Source: a virus. Taken from it: a stretch of DNA of 64,000 nucleotides. Numbering within the stretch: position 1 is the first letter of the stretch; the number at the start of each line of letters is the position of its first letter. The translations under genes were made by a program, and so were the position numbers. Below, in pieces: positions 50,878 through 62,400 of the stretch. The stretch is from positions 1 to 64,000 of IMG/VR virus record IMGVR_UViG_3300026097_000009; one strand, written 5' to 3'. The notes below the pieces were generated by a model, which was not told the origin of the DNA, did no database searches, and saw only the letters and a list, made by a program, of their open reading frames with translations.

Positions 50878-51818
50878 TCTGTCACCTTGGTTGATTCTGT
50901 AATATGTGTAATTATGTGATCTACAATGTCGTCTGTCATGGTCATGATATTCTCCATTTTTCGATCTACACGCTCGTCTATGGTAATTCTAATTGGACTA
51001 TATTCTCTATCAATTTCTCCCAAATCCATAATTGTAATAAAATCACAATCTGGATAGGATACATTTATAGGATAAGTTGATCCTGTAATCACGGTTGCAT
51101 TTTTTTCCATAGAATATGCTAAGTGTTGCCCTACACTATCGCATCCTAAAAAATGATCAGCATGCTTAATAATTGCTCCCCACTGTCTTAGTGGAACATT
51201 TTCCGGAAATGCAACTTCATCTTTTAATTTTTCATCGGTGAGATCTACCTTAAATTCTGACATTACAACAATGCCAAATCCTTCTTTCTGTAACCTTTTA
51301 ATAATTTGCTTGAGATTTCTAAGCTCGATACTTCTAGCAGTTCTATCAATTAGAGTGTCATCGACTATTTCAATTCCTCTACCAAAAGGCTGTATAACAA
51401 CGACCTTGTCTTTCTTGGTTCTAGATTTAACTTCGTTGATTACCTGTCTTCCAAAAAGCAATTCATCTTTTGAAAGATTTAAGGTCGGTGCTGGAAGATC
51501 TCTAACACCTTTATTATTAATTTCTAAATCAAATGCTTGAGATAAACTGCATTGTTGATTGTAATATTCCCATATGCGATATGGCTCCGTGGAAATAATA
51601 TCCATATTGACAAGTTTGTCTTGGAAAATATTCTTGTGCCATGCATCATACACTTTGTCGTCAAGTGTTGGATGCCCTTTAAAAATATCAGATCCGCCTT
51701 CGCATACGATTATAAAATCGTCGGTAACTTCTTCTTGGTATTTTTCAAATGCTGGTATAGAACAGATCATTCTTCCTGCTCCACCGTTGATAAAAAATGC
51801 TTTAGGTCTTGTTGTCAT
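50874..51818 (-). CDS. GT-B glycosyltransferase, GT9/heptosyltransferase-like
   Basis: GGAGRMICSIPA, VVIQPFG, LRQWGAIIKHADHFLGCDSVGQHLA. Start moved to ATG 51818. Confidence 0.75.
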   Translation of the reverse strand: MTTRPKAFFINGGAGRMICSIPAFEKYQEEVTDDFIIVCEGGSDIFKGHPTLDDKVYDAWHKNIFQDKLVNMDIISTEPYRIWEYYNQQCSLSQAFDLEINNKGVRDLPAPTLNLSKDELLFGRQVINEVKSRTKKDKVVVIQPFGRGIEIVDDTLIDRTARSIELRNLKQIIKRLQKEGFGIVVMSEFKVDLTDEKLKDEVAFPENVPLRQWGAIIKHADHFLGCDSVGQHLAYSMEKNATVITGSTYPINVSYPDCDFITIMDLGEIDREYSPIRITIDERVDRKMENIMTMTDDIVDHIITHITESTKVTE

Positions 51819-51896
51819 GATGTTCCTGCTCTTGGTTACATTAAGTATAAAACTAATTATACAAAAATGCAACCGCGAGTAGGAAAAAAGAGTGTA

Positions 51897-52562
51897 TTAA
51901 TCTTCTGCGTATTGATAAATGTCAGGATCTGCTTTGAAGTTGATTTTCCAATGCGGAACTGTCTTGGACATTTCCTTAGCACTTCCTGCCCATGCAAGCC
52001 ATTCATTGATTTCTTCAATTAGAGCGTCATCAAACTTATTTTGATTCTTTTCTTTAATTTTAGAAATCTGCTTGATCTTGCGATCTAAATTTTCATGAAA
52101 TTCTGATTCGCTCATATGATAATTAGCAAATGGTGGACGCATATAAGTCTGCGATCCTTTATCATAATACAAGAAACCATCATGAATATGGCCTAATACG
52201 CCTGTTTCATCTGGATAATCGTATACGAATGTATCGCCGTTTGGCAATTTTTCTTCGTAGTTTTCGATATCACCGTGACTGTATGTGTTTGTTAACCAGG
52301 CCGCTTCCCAGGTATGTGTTTCAGCATCTAAAATAATTTGATAATGATCCACTAAGTTTGTTTTCTTCATACTTTCTAGTTGTGCAACACCATTAGCATC
52401 GTCGGAAGAAAAATCTACGCACCAAACTCTGTGATTTTCATCGCTGGCTATTCTAAGAAGAAGATATCTCGGACCATTATACATCGCCTGATATCCTTTG
52501 CCTTCATTGGTTGTTTTTCCGTACGGTACATCAGGTACTGGAATAAAAAATTCTTTTATCAT
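51897..52562 (-). CDS. Hypothetical protein, possibly a fibre assembly chaperone
   Basis: Directly follows the Cys-rich triplet; C-terminal helical EW..W...P.W segment is reminiscent of Tfa-type chaperones. Confidence 0.45.
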   Translation of the reverse strand: MIKEFFIPVPDVPYGKTTNEGKGYQAMYNGPRYLLLRIASDENHRVWCVDFSSDDANGVAQLESMKKTNLVDHYQIILDAETHTWEAAWLTNTYSHGDIENYEEKLPNGDTFVYDYPDETGVLGHIHDGFLYYDKGSQTYMRPPFANYHMSESEFHENLDRKIKQISKIKEKNQNKFDDALIEEINEWLAWAGSAKEMSKTVPHWKINFKADPDIYQYAED

Positions 52563-53581
52563 CTTGTTCTATCCTTATAAAATGTTATTCTAACTGCGCC
52601 TAAGCCGCCTCTTGCACCTGTGCTACGTGAGTTATCGCATGGTGCTGCCGGAAATCCGCCGACACCGTAAGGCATAATGTTAATACAACCTAACATCTGG
52701 TTATTACCGCAAGCTTTAACACTGTTCCAACAGCTAAATTTAGCAGGTGTTCCTCTAGTCGGCGAACGAGCGGCCGCGTTCAACGAATTTGTAAACTGTG
52801 TAAAAAAGTTTCCGGTCCAATGTTGGAAATCGTTATTGTTTTCACCAGAGAATGTAACAACAGCACCTTCTTCTGCAAAAATTCCAGGTGGAATAGCAAT
52901 ATGATGATGGTGCTGACAAACACAGTCTGGCAAGCATCCTCTAAACGAAGAACAACTGAAGCCGCCACGACAGTTGACATCTCCTCCGTATGCTTCTGCA
53001 CAGCAACCTACAATTTCTCTGTTGCCGTCGCCTACGATTCCTTCACCGTAATTGCATATCAGTCCGCAACATGTACAGCATGATGTTCCACAATGGCCGC
53101 ATTTAATGAAGCAACAATACGGAGAGCCGCCGTCCATACAATATGACACGCCGCCGCGTCCACCTTGAGCACACATACATCCATCTTCGCCTGCACCTGC
53201 TCTGGTTCTTCCAAACCAACATAACTGCGTAGGCTCTGAACAACCTCTGAAGCACAATGCATCGGCATTGCTACAGCTACGTCCTAAAACACCGCAAACA
53301 ACACAGCCGCTTATAACACAGATACATCTCTTTGAGTATGCGCCTGGATTACCCGGAAGACCAGTACCGCAACAACATTGCATTGCACCAGAGCCGCCAG
53401 CTCCCCACATTTCAATTTTTGCTACACCGGTGTCTGGAGCTTCCCAGCAAAAGAAATTCCCTGCTGATGGTGAATACATGTTACCATCTGCGAATGCATA
53501 GATTCTGCCTTCATCGAGATTAGATTCGTTGAGTTCGAGTTGGTCTGTTCTTGCTTTTAATAAATCACTTAAATTCGCCAT
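52559..53581 (-). CDS. Cysteine/glycine-rich putative fibre-tip protein, paralogue 3
   Basis: IEMWGAGGSG..CCC..PGNPGAY, GGDVNC, GGLGAVRI; about 35 Cys in 340 aa. Confidence 0.7.
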   Translation of the reverse strand: MANLSDLLKARTDQLELNESNLDEGRIYAFADGNMYSPSAGNFFCWEAPDTGVAKIEMWGAGGSGAMQCCCGTGLPGNPGAYSKRCICVISGCVVCGVLGRSCSNADALCFRGCSEPTQLCWFGRTRAGAGEDGCMCAQGGRGGVSYCMDGGSPYCCFIKCGHCGTSCCTCCGLICNYGEGIVGDGNREIVGCCAEAYGGDVNCRGGFSCSSFRGCLPDCVCQHHHHIAIPPGIFAEEGAVVTFSGENNNDFQHWTGNFFTQFTNSLNAAARSPTRGTPAKFSCWNSVKACGNNQMLGCINIMPYGVGGFPAAPCDNSRSTGARGGLGAVRITFYKDRTR

Positions 53582-53590
53582 TTTGTTTCC

Positions 53591-54682
53591 TTAACTATAC
53601 GCACAGTATGAATTAGTGCCTATATACTTAATTCTAACAGCACCTTGACCGCCACGGCCGCCGTGGTCTCTAACGTTCGGACATGGCTGAGCTGGGAATC
53701 CCGGAACCCCATAAGGTACATACGGAATACAGCCTTCAGCTTCATAACATCCACAAGCCCTGCTGTGTCCCCAGCATTCATTATAAATGTGTCCGCTTGG
53801 TTGTCTACTCATATCGTCCAATGCATTGTTGTGTGGTACTAATGCACCGCCTGAATGCCCGCCTTCTCGGCTGTCGCTTTGTGGAGTATAAGAAAACACA
53901 ACACCTTCGTCACTAAACACACCTGCTGAAGTTGCAACATGGTGCTGGAAGTGACAAACACAACGTCCCTTACATCCATAAAATGATGTACAACTGAAAT
54001 GTCCTGTGCAGTTCACGTCTCCGCCATATGCACATGCACAATCTGAGCCTCGACAAATGTTACAGACTAATACACACCCTTGAGAAGCTCCGAGAGGTGT
54101 CAGACAAAGTCCTCTGCCACCATAACAACACTGTATTGTGTAATCATTTTGACAGATTGTGATACCGGCTCTGCCACCCTTTGCACATATACAGCCAGCA
54201 GTTGCACCAACTTCACAACATAGTCCGAAACTTGGGTCGTAATCGTGTCTGCACATTGGACCGTAACCTACATTTTTACCACAATTCATGGGTCTATTAC
54301 CTAGTGCGTGAGGCGCACACCCTGTCCAACAAATACAGGTAGCTTCTGAACAACCTCTAAAACATCTGTTATCTGCATTACCGCAACTTTTTCCAATGAT
54401 ACCGAATACTACATTATCCGGACAAACGCATAAACATTTTTTAACATATGCGCCTGGATTTCCTGGCATGCCCATTGCACAACAACACATACGAGATCCA
54501 GACCCTGAAGCTCCCCATGTTTCTAAAACTATGCATCCGGTTCCTGGTGGTCGCCAGCAAATACCGCACTGAAATCTCGTGTATTCATTACCTTCGGCCC
54601 AAACAAAGATTCTTCCTCGTTCAAGATTTTGTTCACGAACAAGATTTCTTTCACCTAATAATTGAGTTAATCTATTAGCCAT
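53591..54682 (-). CDS. Cysteine/glycine-rich putative fibre-tip protein, paralogue 2
   Basis: Start at ATG 54682 (MANRLTQLL); LETWGASGSG..CCC..PGNPGAY, GGQGAVRI; about 41 Cys. Confidence 0.7.
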   Translation of the reverse strand: MANRLTQLLGERNLVREQNLERGRIFVWAEGNEYTRFQCGICWRPPGTGCIVLETWGASGSGSRMCCCAMGMPGNPGAYVKKCLCVCPDNVVFGIIGKSCGNADNRCFRGCSEATCICWTGCAPHALGNRPMNCGKNVGYGPMCRHDYDPSFGLCCEVGATAGCICAKGGRAGITICQNDYTIQCCYGGRGLCLTPLGASQGCVLVCNICRGSDCACAYGGDVNCTGHFSCTSFYGCKGRCVCHFQHHVATSAGVFSDEGVVFSYTPQSDSREGGHSGGALVPHNNALDDMSRQPSGHIYNECWGHSRACGCYEAEGCIPYVPYGVPGFPAQPCPNVRDHGGRGGQGAVRIKYIGTNSYCAYS

Positions 54683-54692
54683 TCTATAATTC

Positions 54693-55724
54693 CTATGTTT
54701 GTCCGTTACCAATTTGTCCGAGAATTGCACAATTCAAACCGTACATGTTCTCGCCACAATATGTCAATCTAATCAATCCAGGGCCACCACGTCCGCCGTG
54801 ATCTCGCACTCCCGGACATGGCTGAGGTGGTCTGCCGCCGATTCCATAACTGTTATACATTACACAACCGAACGATTCATAACATCCGCAGTGTCTTGAA
54901 GAGTCATAACACTGAACATACGGTGAACCTATGGTTGGACTCGTGCTCGCAACATTTTGTGAATAGTGTATTTGATTCTGGCCTCCGCCACTCCAGTTTT
55001 GGAATCCGTTGTTTTCTTCGTGCGGTATAGTTAAATGTGTTCCTGATTTTCCGTAGATATTCGCGGCAACAGCAACATGACTAACTTGGCAGCAAATATT
55101 ATTCGCTTCGCATCCTCTAAAGCTTACACAACTAGGACATCCGCAACAGCCGACATCGCCTCCTAGTCCGCAAGGAACATGCATTCCTGCACACATATTA
55201 CACACAATCGCACAATTATCATTGTCTAATCTTGTGTGACAAAAACCTGCGTTTGCATAACAACAATATGCTGAATTTCCTGACGTTGCACAGAATGCAA
55301 TACCTGCTTTTCCGCCTTGAGCGCACATCCATCCTGCTTCGTAACCACAGCGATCTCGACCACACCAGCATAGCACGGTAGGTATACTACAACCACTGTC
55401 ACACAATTCATGTGCTCTACAAGCCATTCCTGGACAACCGCAAATAAAGTCTCCGCAGTCTACACAGATTTGCTTTCTTACATATCCGGGTGCGTTTCCA
55501 GGTAAGCCGAAACCACAACAGCACATACGAGATCCGCTTCCTGCCGCTCCCCACATTTCAATAACTAAAGTTCCACGTCCGGGGGCTGGCCAGCAAAATC
55601 TCATATCAGAACGAATACACGCTTCGTTAAGTTCTGGCGCAATTGTGAAAACTCTATTTCTTTCTAGATTAGATTCGTTTCCGTACAATTGTCTTGTTGC
55701 CAATAAATCCGATAGAGATGACAT
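54693..55724 (-). CDS. Cysteine/glycine-rich putative fibre-tip protein, paralogue 1
   Basis: IEMWGAAGSG..CCC..PGNAPGY, GGPGLIRL; about 38 Cys. Confidence 0.7.
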   Translation of the reverse strand: MSSLSDLLATRQLYGNESNLERNRVFTIAPELNEACIRSDMRFCWPAPGRGTLVIEMWGAAGSGSRMCCCGFGLPGNAPGYVRKQICVDCGDFICGCPGMACRAHELCDSGCSIPTVLCWCGRDRCGYEAGWMCAQGGKAGIAFCATSGNSAYCCYANAGFCHTRLDNDNCAIVCNMCAGMHVPCGLGGDVGCCGCPSCVSFRGCEANNICCQVSHVAVAANIYGKSGTHLTIPHEENNGFQNWSGGGQNQIHYSQNVASTSPTIGSPYVQCYDSSRHCGCYESFGCVMYNSYGIGGRPPQPCPGVRDHGGRGGPGLIRLTYCGENMYGLNCAILGQIGNGQT

Positions 55725-55742
55725 AATTTTTCCTATTAAATC

Positions 55743-56069
55743 TTATAAACCGCTGAATACCCAACCGTATGTAGCACCAGAATAAACAAACGTTATTGCC
55801 GCATTGTCTAGATTCAAAATTAAATCTTCTGAATAATTTTGAATTTTTTCACTGTTTCTACCTACTGTAACATTGTTGACACTAAACTGTCCTGCAACAT
55901 CAATTATTTGTAGTGTATCGCCTACAGTAGGTGACACAGGTAAATTAATTGTGAATGCAGAAGAAGAAGTGTCTGCAAAAATTCTTTCATTTGCAGATGC
56001 ATCATATGCACTTGTTACAGTTACGTTGTTAGCTCCTGATGTACCAAATGTTGCTACTGATCTTCCCAT
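55743..56069 (-). CDS. Small fibre-associated protein (T4 gp34 N-terminal repeat-like)
   Basis: ADTSSSAFTINLP.SP.VGD..IID..F..NNVTV.RN..KI...LVY-like...GW. Confidence 0.65.
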   Translation of the reverse strand: MGRSVATFGTSGANNVTVTSAYDASANERIFADTSSSAFTINLPVSPTVGDTLQIIDVAGQFSVNNVTVGRNSEKIQNYSEDLILNLDNAAITFVYSGATYGWVFSGL

Positions 56070-56083
56070 TATTATTTCCTTTG

Positions 56084-56404
56084 TTAAACTGTTGAAGTCT
56101 CGATTCCAAACGCCGATGCCGAAACATTGGCTGCCGAGGAACGAACTATAATTCTATCGCCTGCACTAAGCATAATGCCTGTACGTTCTAACACACCGTA
56201 AGCTTCTATTTCTACATCGTATTCAATAAATTCCGATAAAGCCGGTGTGTCTGACTCCGCTAACGCAATTCTTACCTTTGTAGGATAACTGTTTCTGTTA
56301 CACAGGTTTATGCTGGCCATCGTGAAAATACTCGGCGGTGTTTGGTATACCGTAGTATTTGTTGAAGCATTTAATGCTGCCTGTCCTAAAAGTCCTGTTG
56401 CCAT
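56084..56404 (-). CDS. Small virion structural protein
   Basis: TTVY..P, NLCNR, IEYD, LERTGI.L..GD.I.V beta-sandwich pattern. Confidence 0.6.
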   Translation of the reverse strand: MATGLLGQAALNASTNTTVYQTPPSIFTMASINLCNRNSYPTKVRIALAESDTPALSEFIEYDVEIEAYGVLERTGIMLSAGDRIIVRSSAANVSASAFGIETSTV

Positions 56405-56411
56405 ATTTTAA

Positions 56412-59400
56412 TTATCCTCCTAACAAGAAGTAGTTTAATGTTACTGCATCGCCGTCGATGCCACCTACGAAGTTCATCTTAGTATTTATAAAGATTTGCG
56501 TTTCTGTAGTCGTAGTAATTTCTTGCCCAGCAATGAATATAACACCTGCCGTTAGCGTATTTACGTTCAAACTGGAGCCACCGCCACCGATTTGGCTTGT
56601 AATATATGCTTTAATAGCTCGCTGTGTTGGAATAACGCTGTCTGAATCTGCTGTAAAGAACGGATCTGTACTAAATTCAGTGACTGTTGCGCCTGAGCCG
56701 CCTAGTGCTACTGATCCCAAACTTAATTCATTCAGTCCTGCAATATTAAATGCATCAGCATTCAATGTTGCAACACCGGTTGACTGTTCAACGTTAAACA
56801 ATCCGCCAACTCGGAAGTTACCGTCTTGGTCCGTACTTGTGAAGAACACACGACCTCCGCCTGAATCAACCGTTTCGTTTGCAGGAATTGGATCTTGCAA
56901 AGGCAATCCTGGATAGTTTGTCTGTGTTTGGTTACCAGTACCTATATCTAAGAAATCGTGACCTGTTAAACGTACCTGCGAATAGCGTCTTCTAAATGTA
57001 GTCGAAGTCTCGTGTTCAGGTGCTTCTGCTACTCCAACTTCAGGAGATACCTGAATTGTTGCAGTATAAGGTGCCGAGGTTCCTACTAGATTTCTAATAG
57101 TTACTACTCGATAATAGATATCGTCAATTCCGCCTATTCTTAAATTCGAACCTTCTAACGGCACATTTGTTAAATTCTTAACATCAATAAATGTACCTGT
57201 CTGATAGTTATCAGCAAATCCGTCTCCAGTAATTACAGCTGACGCCGCAGAATAGTTAGCTCCTCTATTAGTAAACGTAGGCTGTGCTAATACGCCATTA
57301 CCTATTCTAACAGTATGAGTTGCATCGGCTCCAATGTTGTTTGGATCTGTAATTGTCATAGTCGGAACTGTTGTATAATTACTTCCTGGTTCATGAATCT
57401 TAATTTGTGTTATAAGTTCGTCTGAAACAGATGCTCTTGCTCTAGGTGTCGCGCCAGCAAAGAACTGTACTGCATTTCTTCCGCCTGCACTTAGCGCAAT
57501 AAATCCGCTATTGCTGTAAGGCCCGCCAAATGCTACGGCACTCCATAGTTTTCCAACAGTAGCGAACATTGAACCGGTGCCATCTGTTAACTGAATCGGT
57601 GTGCCACCTTGTGTTGCACTCACAGTAAATGTAGTTGAACTAGGAATACTTTCGATAAACAATCTTGTATCAGTATCTAATCCACCGAACAATTCAGTTC
57701 CTGCAGAATCATTTGGAATAAAGATTGTATCACCGACACTTAATTCTGCAGTGCTGTCAACTGTTAACAGATTTGTATTTGCTTCATAACCCAACACATT
57801 AGCTGTGTTTGTGTTAAATGCAACTGTTACAAATTCGTTATCTACATCGTTGCCGACAATATCTATCCAATTTGCTGTGCTCTGTGTAGTATCAGCTGTC
57901 CAAGTAATACCGTCTTCGCTGATTAATGCATCATTGCTGTTGTATGAAACCGCAACAAACACTCCTCCTGCATAAGATACAGCATTCCAGTTACCGCTTG
58001 GTACAGTTACGCTTGACCACGTTTCGCCACCGTCTGTCGAATATGCAAAGTTTGTAGAAGCTTGGCTAGAATTTCCAGCTACCGCTACAAATTTGCCGTT
58101 ACCGTATGCAACACTACTCCAGTAATCGCTGGCTGGTAGTGTGCTTGCTGTCCAAGATGCGCCGTCATTTGTGCTGTATGCTCCTGCGGTGCTTGCGGAT
58201 GATACTCCTGAAACTGCTACAAATGCACCGTCACCGTATGCAATGCTGGTCCAATCAGCAAATGCAGGTAAGGTGCTTGCAGTCCATGAAGTTCCATTGG
58301 TTGAAAATTCTGAAGTGTTTGTACCTATTTGAACAACTACAAATGTTCCGTTTCCGAAAGCAATATCTGACCAATCTCTGGTGTTATTTAAAACATTCGA
58401 GTTAAACGTCCATGTAACACCATCACTAGAAGTTGCAACATCGTTACTACTGAAATACGGTATTACATAAGTTCCGTTGCCGTAAGCAATAGCTCTTGCA
58501 TCGTCAGAACCTGTAGGAATAGTCCTATTAGTCCAGGTTTTCCCGTCAGGTGAAGTAGCTACTGCAATACTGTTTCCTGCTACAGCAACATATTGATCGT
58601 CAGTTGTACTATAAGTCACCGCGCTCCAGTCTGAAGTCGACGGCAATGTACCTACCTGCCAATCTACAACAGTATCTTTAGATGTTTGCAAGATATCAAT
58701 TTCTTTAACAGTAGCATTTCTCTCTGTCCAAGTTAAACCATCTTGAGACGTAGCGGCTACTTCACTTTCAGCTAACGCTAAGAATACACCGTTGCCGTAT
58801 GCAATTTTTCTCCAATCATCACTGCTTGTAATAGCACTTAGATCTTTTCCTAAGTCTGCCCAGGTTTCTCCGTCGTTACTTACAGCAATTGCTCCATTTT
58901 TATCAGCAATCGCAACAAATATGTTGTTACCGAATGCTAAATCCTGCCAGTTTGAATCTGAACTATCGTTGTTTGCAGGTAATGTAGAAGCAGTCCAGCT
59001 TACACCGTTTGTGCTGTAAGCGGCTTCTGCACTGAAGTTGCCTTCGATTACTACAAATTTACCTAAGCCAAATTCAATTGCTTTTGCACCGCTCGGTAGC
59101 GAACCAGTGTTCCATGTAGTTCCTGCATTTGCGGATACAGCCCTTAGTGTGCTAGAAGAATCACTTTCTGCTATTGCAACTACCAAGTTATTTCCGATAG
59201 CTAAGTCAACCCAATCAGCGGCTTCTCCTAATGATCCGCCAGCAGTCCAATTAACTCCATCTAAACTGTATGCAGTATCTGTACTTTGCTTGGCTACTGC
59301 TACATAGTAACCGATACCACTAACTACACCGTAGGTTACAGCACTCCATTGAACACTTGAAGGCATTCCTGCAATTTCCCAGGTAATACCGTCTTCACTC

Positions 59401-62400
59401 TGAGCGGCAACATCAAGTGTAGAGTCTCCTACACCACCTACAGCTACCCATCTTGCAGAGATTGCAGTACCTGTGGATGTAATTGCATTAATTGCCCCAC
59501 TTTCTGTAACTTCTGTTACAGTGATTGTAAGATTATTAACACCTGTAGTTCCGCCTAGTACACTACCGTTAATTGTGATAGTGTCATTCACTTCGTACAA
59601 TGTACCAGATGCACCTATGTCTACTGTGTACACTCCGTTTACTCGGGTTATGTTAAAGGTTGCTAACGTTCCAGATGCACTTGTGGTGCTCGAAGGACTC
59701 ACTAATGAATAGCTTCCTTCTCCGTTACCGTATGCTACGCCTGTCCAATTAAATCCGTTTGGCAGACTTCTGGTAGTTTTACTATATGGAGGAGTAGTAA
59801 ACGTAATCCTAGGTGTAATCTCGTACTGAGATGTAATATCCGGATCCACAATAGTTGTTCCTGGCTTAAGATGATCCCATCCTTGTGCGCCATCGCTTTC
59901 TTTGTATACTGTTGCGGCTTTGCTTCCAGCATTATATGACTGAATATAACCGTATTGTCCTGCACCCGTTCCTGTTACAATGTAGATACTCATTCCGACA
60001 TATGCCGCACTAGACTGAGTATCTGTTGCCGCAAGTGTTATTGTTCCGCCTGCTGTGCCACCTTGTGCGGCATTAGCCGCTGTGAGATATCCTTCGCCTC
60101 CAGTTCCGCTAGAATCACCCGGATCTGTTAAGCGTACCTGATAAACACCCCCATTTCGTGTTTCATCTCCAACAACTGCGGCTGAACTTCCTGCGCCACT
60201 AATACTAAAATCAGCAGTTGTATATTGCTCACCAGCATTTCCAAATTCAAATGCTAATACTTCATCGCCGTCGGTAATAACGTTGACAACATTTGCATCG
60301 TTGCCTCGGTTGTTAATTTCTCCAGTGATTTCTGTTTCTGTAATATCTACACCTTCAGATACTGATCCAAAATCACCATAAGAATTGTTACCATTTGTAG
60401 CACGAATCTGTCCACCGTTTTCTGCAAGATATCCAATGTGTGCATAATATGAGAACACTGATACAAGTTCTGCTCTACCTAAGTTAGTAATCCAAGCGCC
60501 GATGCCGTCTGAAATTACCTGTGTAAAGTCGTTTGATACAATAGAATCATTACCGCCATTATGTATCGAACCGTCAATCTTTTGTCCAGTTGCTCCGATA
60601 CCGAATGTTGTTACGTTCTGTACATAGGTTGATTTATTAGTAACCCAGGCAGTTTCGTCGTTTGGTCCCCAACCCGGATCCAGTGATACATATGCGCCTG
60701 CACGTGGACGTTGTGTTCCGTATTCATTCGCATCTGTTAGTGCCGATTGCTGTCCGGTTGTGTTACCGTCCGAACTACCATCTAATCCAAGAACAGTTTG
60801 ATTGCGTAAACCGCAACCGTTTCTAACATAATACATATCTTCTAGTTTAGAACCAGTTAACGCATTTCTGTAATATCTTGCGGCATAATGCGACTTGTAA
60901 TTACCTGTGTAAATCATATCGTAAGCAATTGCTTCAATGTAATTTCTTACATCGTTTTCGCATCTCGCAGTTTCATAATAATAAGAAACTGTCATAGAGC
61001 CGGTTCCGTCTGCTAATGCAAATACCGAACCGTCGAGCTCTTCGCTAATAGTAAACTGTGTGCCGCTTACTACTTCTTTAACAAAATATGTAGTATCTGA
61101 TACAACATTTCCAAACACAGTGCCAGAGAATCTTATAGTGTCTCCTGCAACCATCCAACTTGTGTCAGATATAGTAAATCTATCTGTAGATGCTGTGGTT
61201 GCTGTTACAGTATCTGTGTAAGTGTCATTAATATATGCAGTAGCTTCGGCTGCAAAGAAATCTTTGTTTAACAAAAGAATATTTGCACCATTAATTAAAT
61301 CTAAATCTTCCACAGGAGTGTTAGTACCAACAACTATCGGTTTTGTTCCAGTATTAACATATGCAATGATTTCATCCCACAACTCTTGTGCGGTTACTAC
61401 TGCGCCGGATGCCACAATATACGTTGCTTTCTTTTTAATGAAATCAATTGTTAATGACGTTGCAGTAAGTTGATCATTTATAACTTTGTTAGTGCTCACT
61501 GTTCCTTGTCTGTATGCTAACCCTGCCTGTATGCTTGCAAAGTTAGAATTAAACATTAAGTCATATCCTAATGCTTCTACGTGATAACCGTAATCTCTAC
61601 CACATTTATCTTCGTCAAACAATAACGTTGGAATTTCTCTCTTGATATGCTGTATTCCGTCTGTTTGAATAGTAGTTTTTGCGTCTTCTAAAAGTGTTCT
61701 AGCTGTAACTAAGTCTGTGCTTACCCAAGAAGTTCCAGGTTCTACAACAGTCGGTAATGTTCCGTCGTTGTTAATTACGTCTATTAATAGTTGAATATTA
61801 TCTTCTACCAGTGTTACTGAAGCTGCCGATCCAGCAGTACCAGACTTATCTTGGGTTTCTCCGTTTCCGCTAGACTTAGAGACATCATTTTCTTGCACAA
61901 TATCACTAACTACGCTTTTTAATCTAGCCCACCAAGCAAGTGTTTCTGCTTCGCGATCAGCAATTTTAATTAGATCTCCGTCGTAGCTGAAGAATCTATC
62001 AGCATTTCTAACAGACTGATAATTTCCGCCATAAGTTAGCTCGTATTTTAGAATGTCTAAAATATCGGTAATTTCGGCCGTAATTGTCTCTTCATTGTAT
62101 GTAAAACTAGAAGTAAACGGTGCGGTTTCTGCTGTAACCTGATCATCAATCCACGCAACTATTTCTTCTGTTATAAATGTTCTGTTTGCATCTAGTTGAT
62201 CTCTTGCATCGCCATATCCTGTTAGGTATCCAACATTATACCCAGTCGGGTCTGTGAATACAAAAGCATCTGCCGCTCCTTCACCGTTTTCTAAAATATC
62301 TTTTATTTCGTCGGCATTATTTTCTAATCTAGTTATCGCAGTTGAACTACCAGTATTACCGGCTTTTTGACTGCTTGTATCTTGAGTTACTGTATTTCCT

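Noticed and set aside
52559-55724. Eukaryotic contamination or selenoprotein/metallothionein genes
   Set aside because: The genes are intronless, have SD-like leaders, sit in a continuous phage operon and have no in-frame TGA; the Gly-rich fibre-type motifs frame the whole protein.
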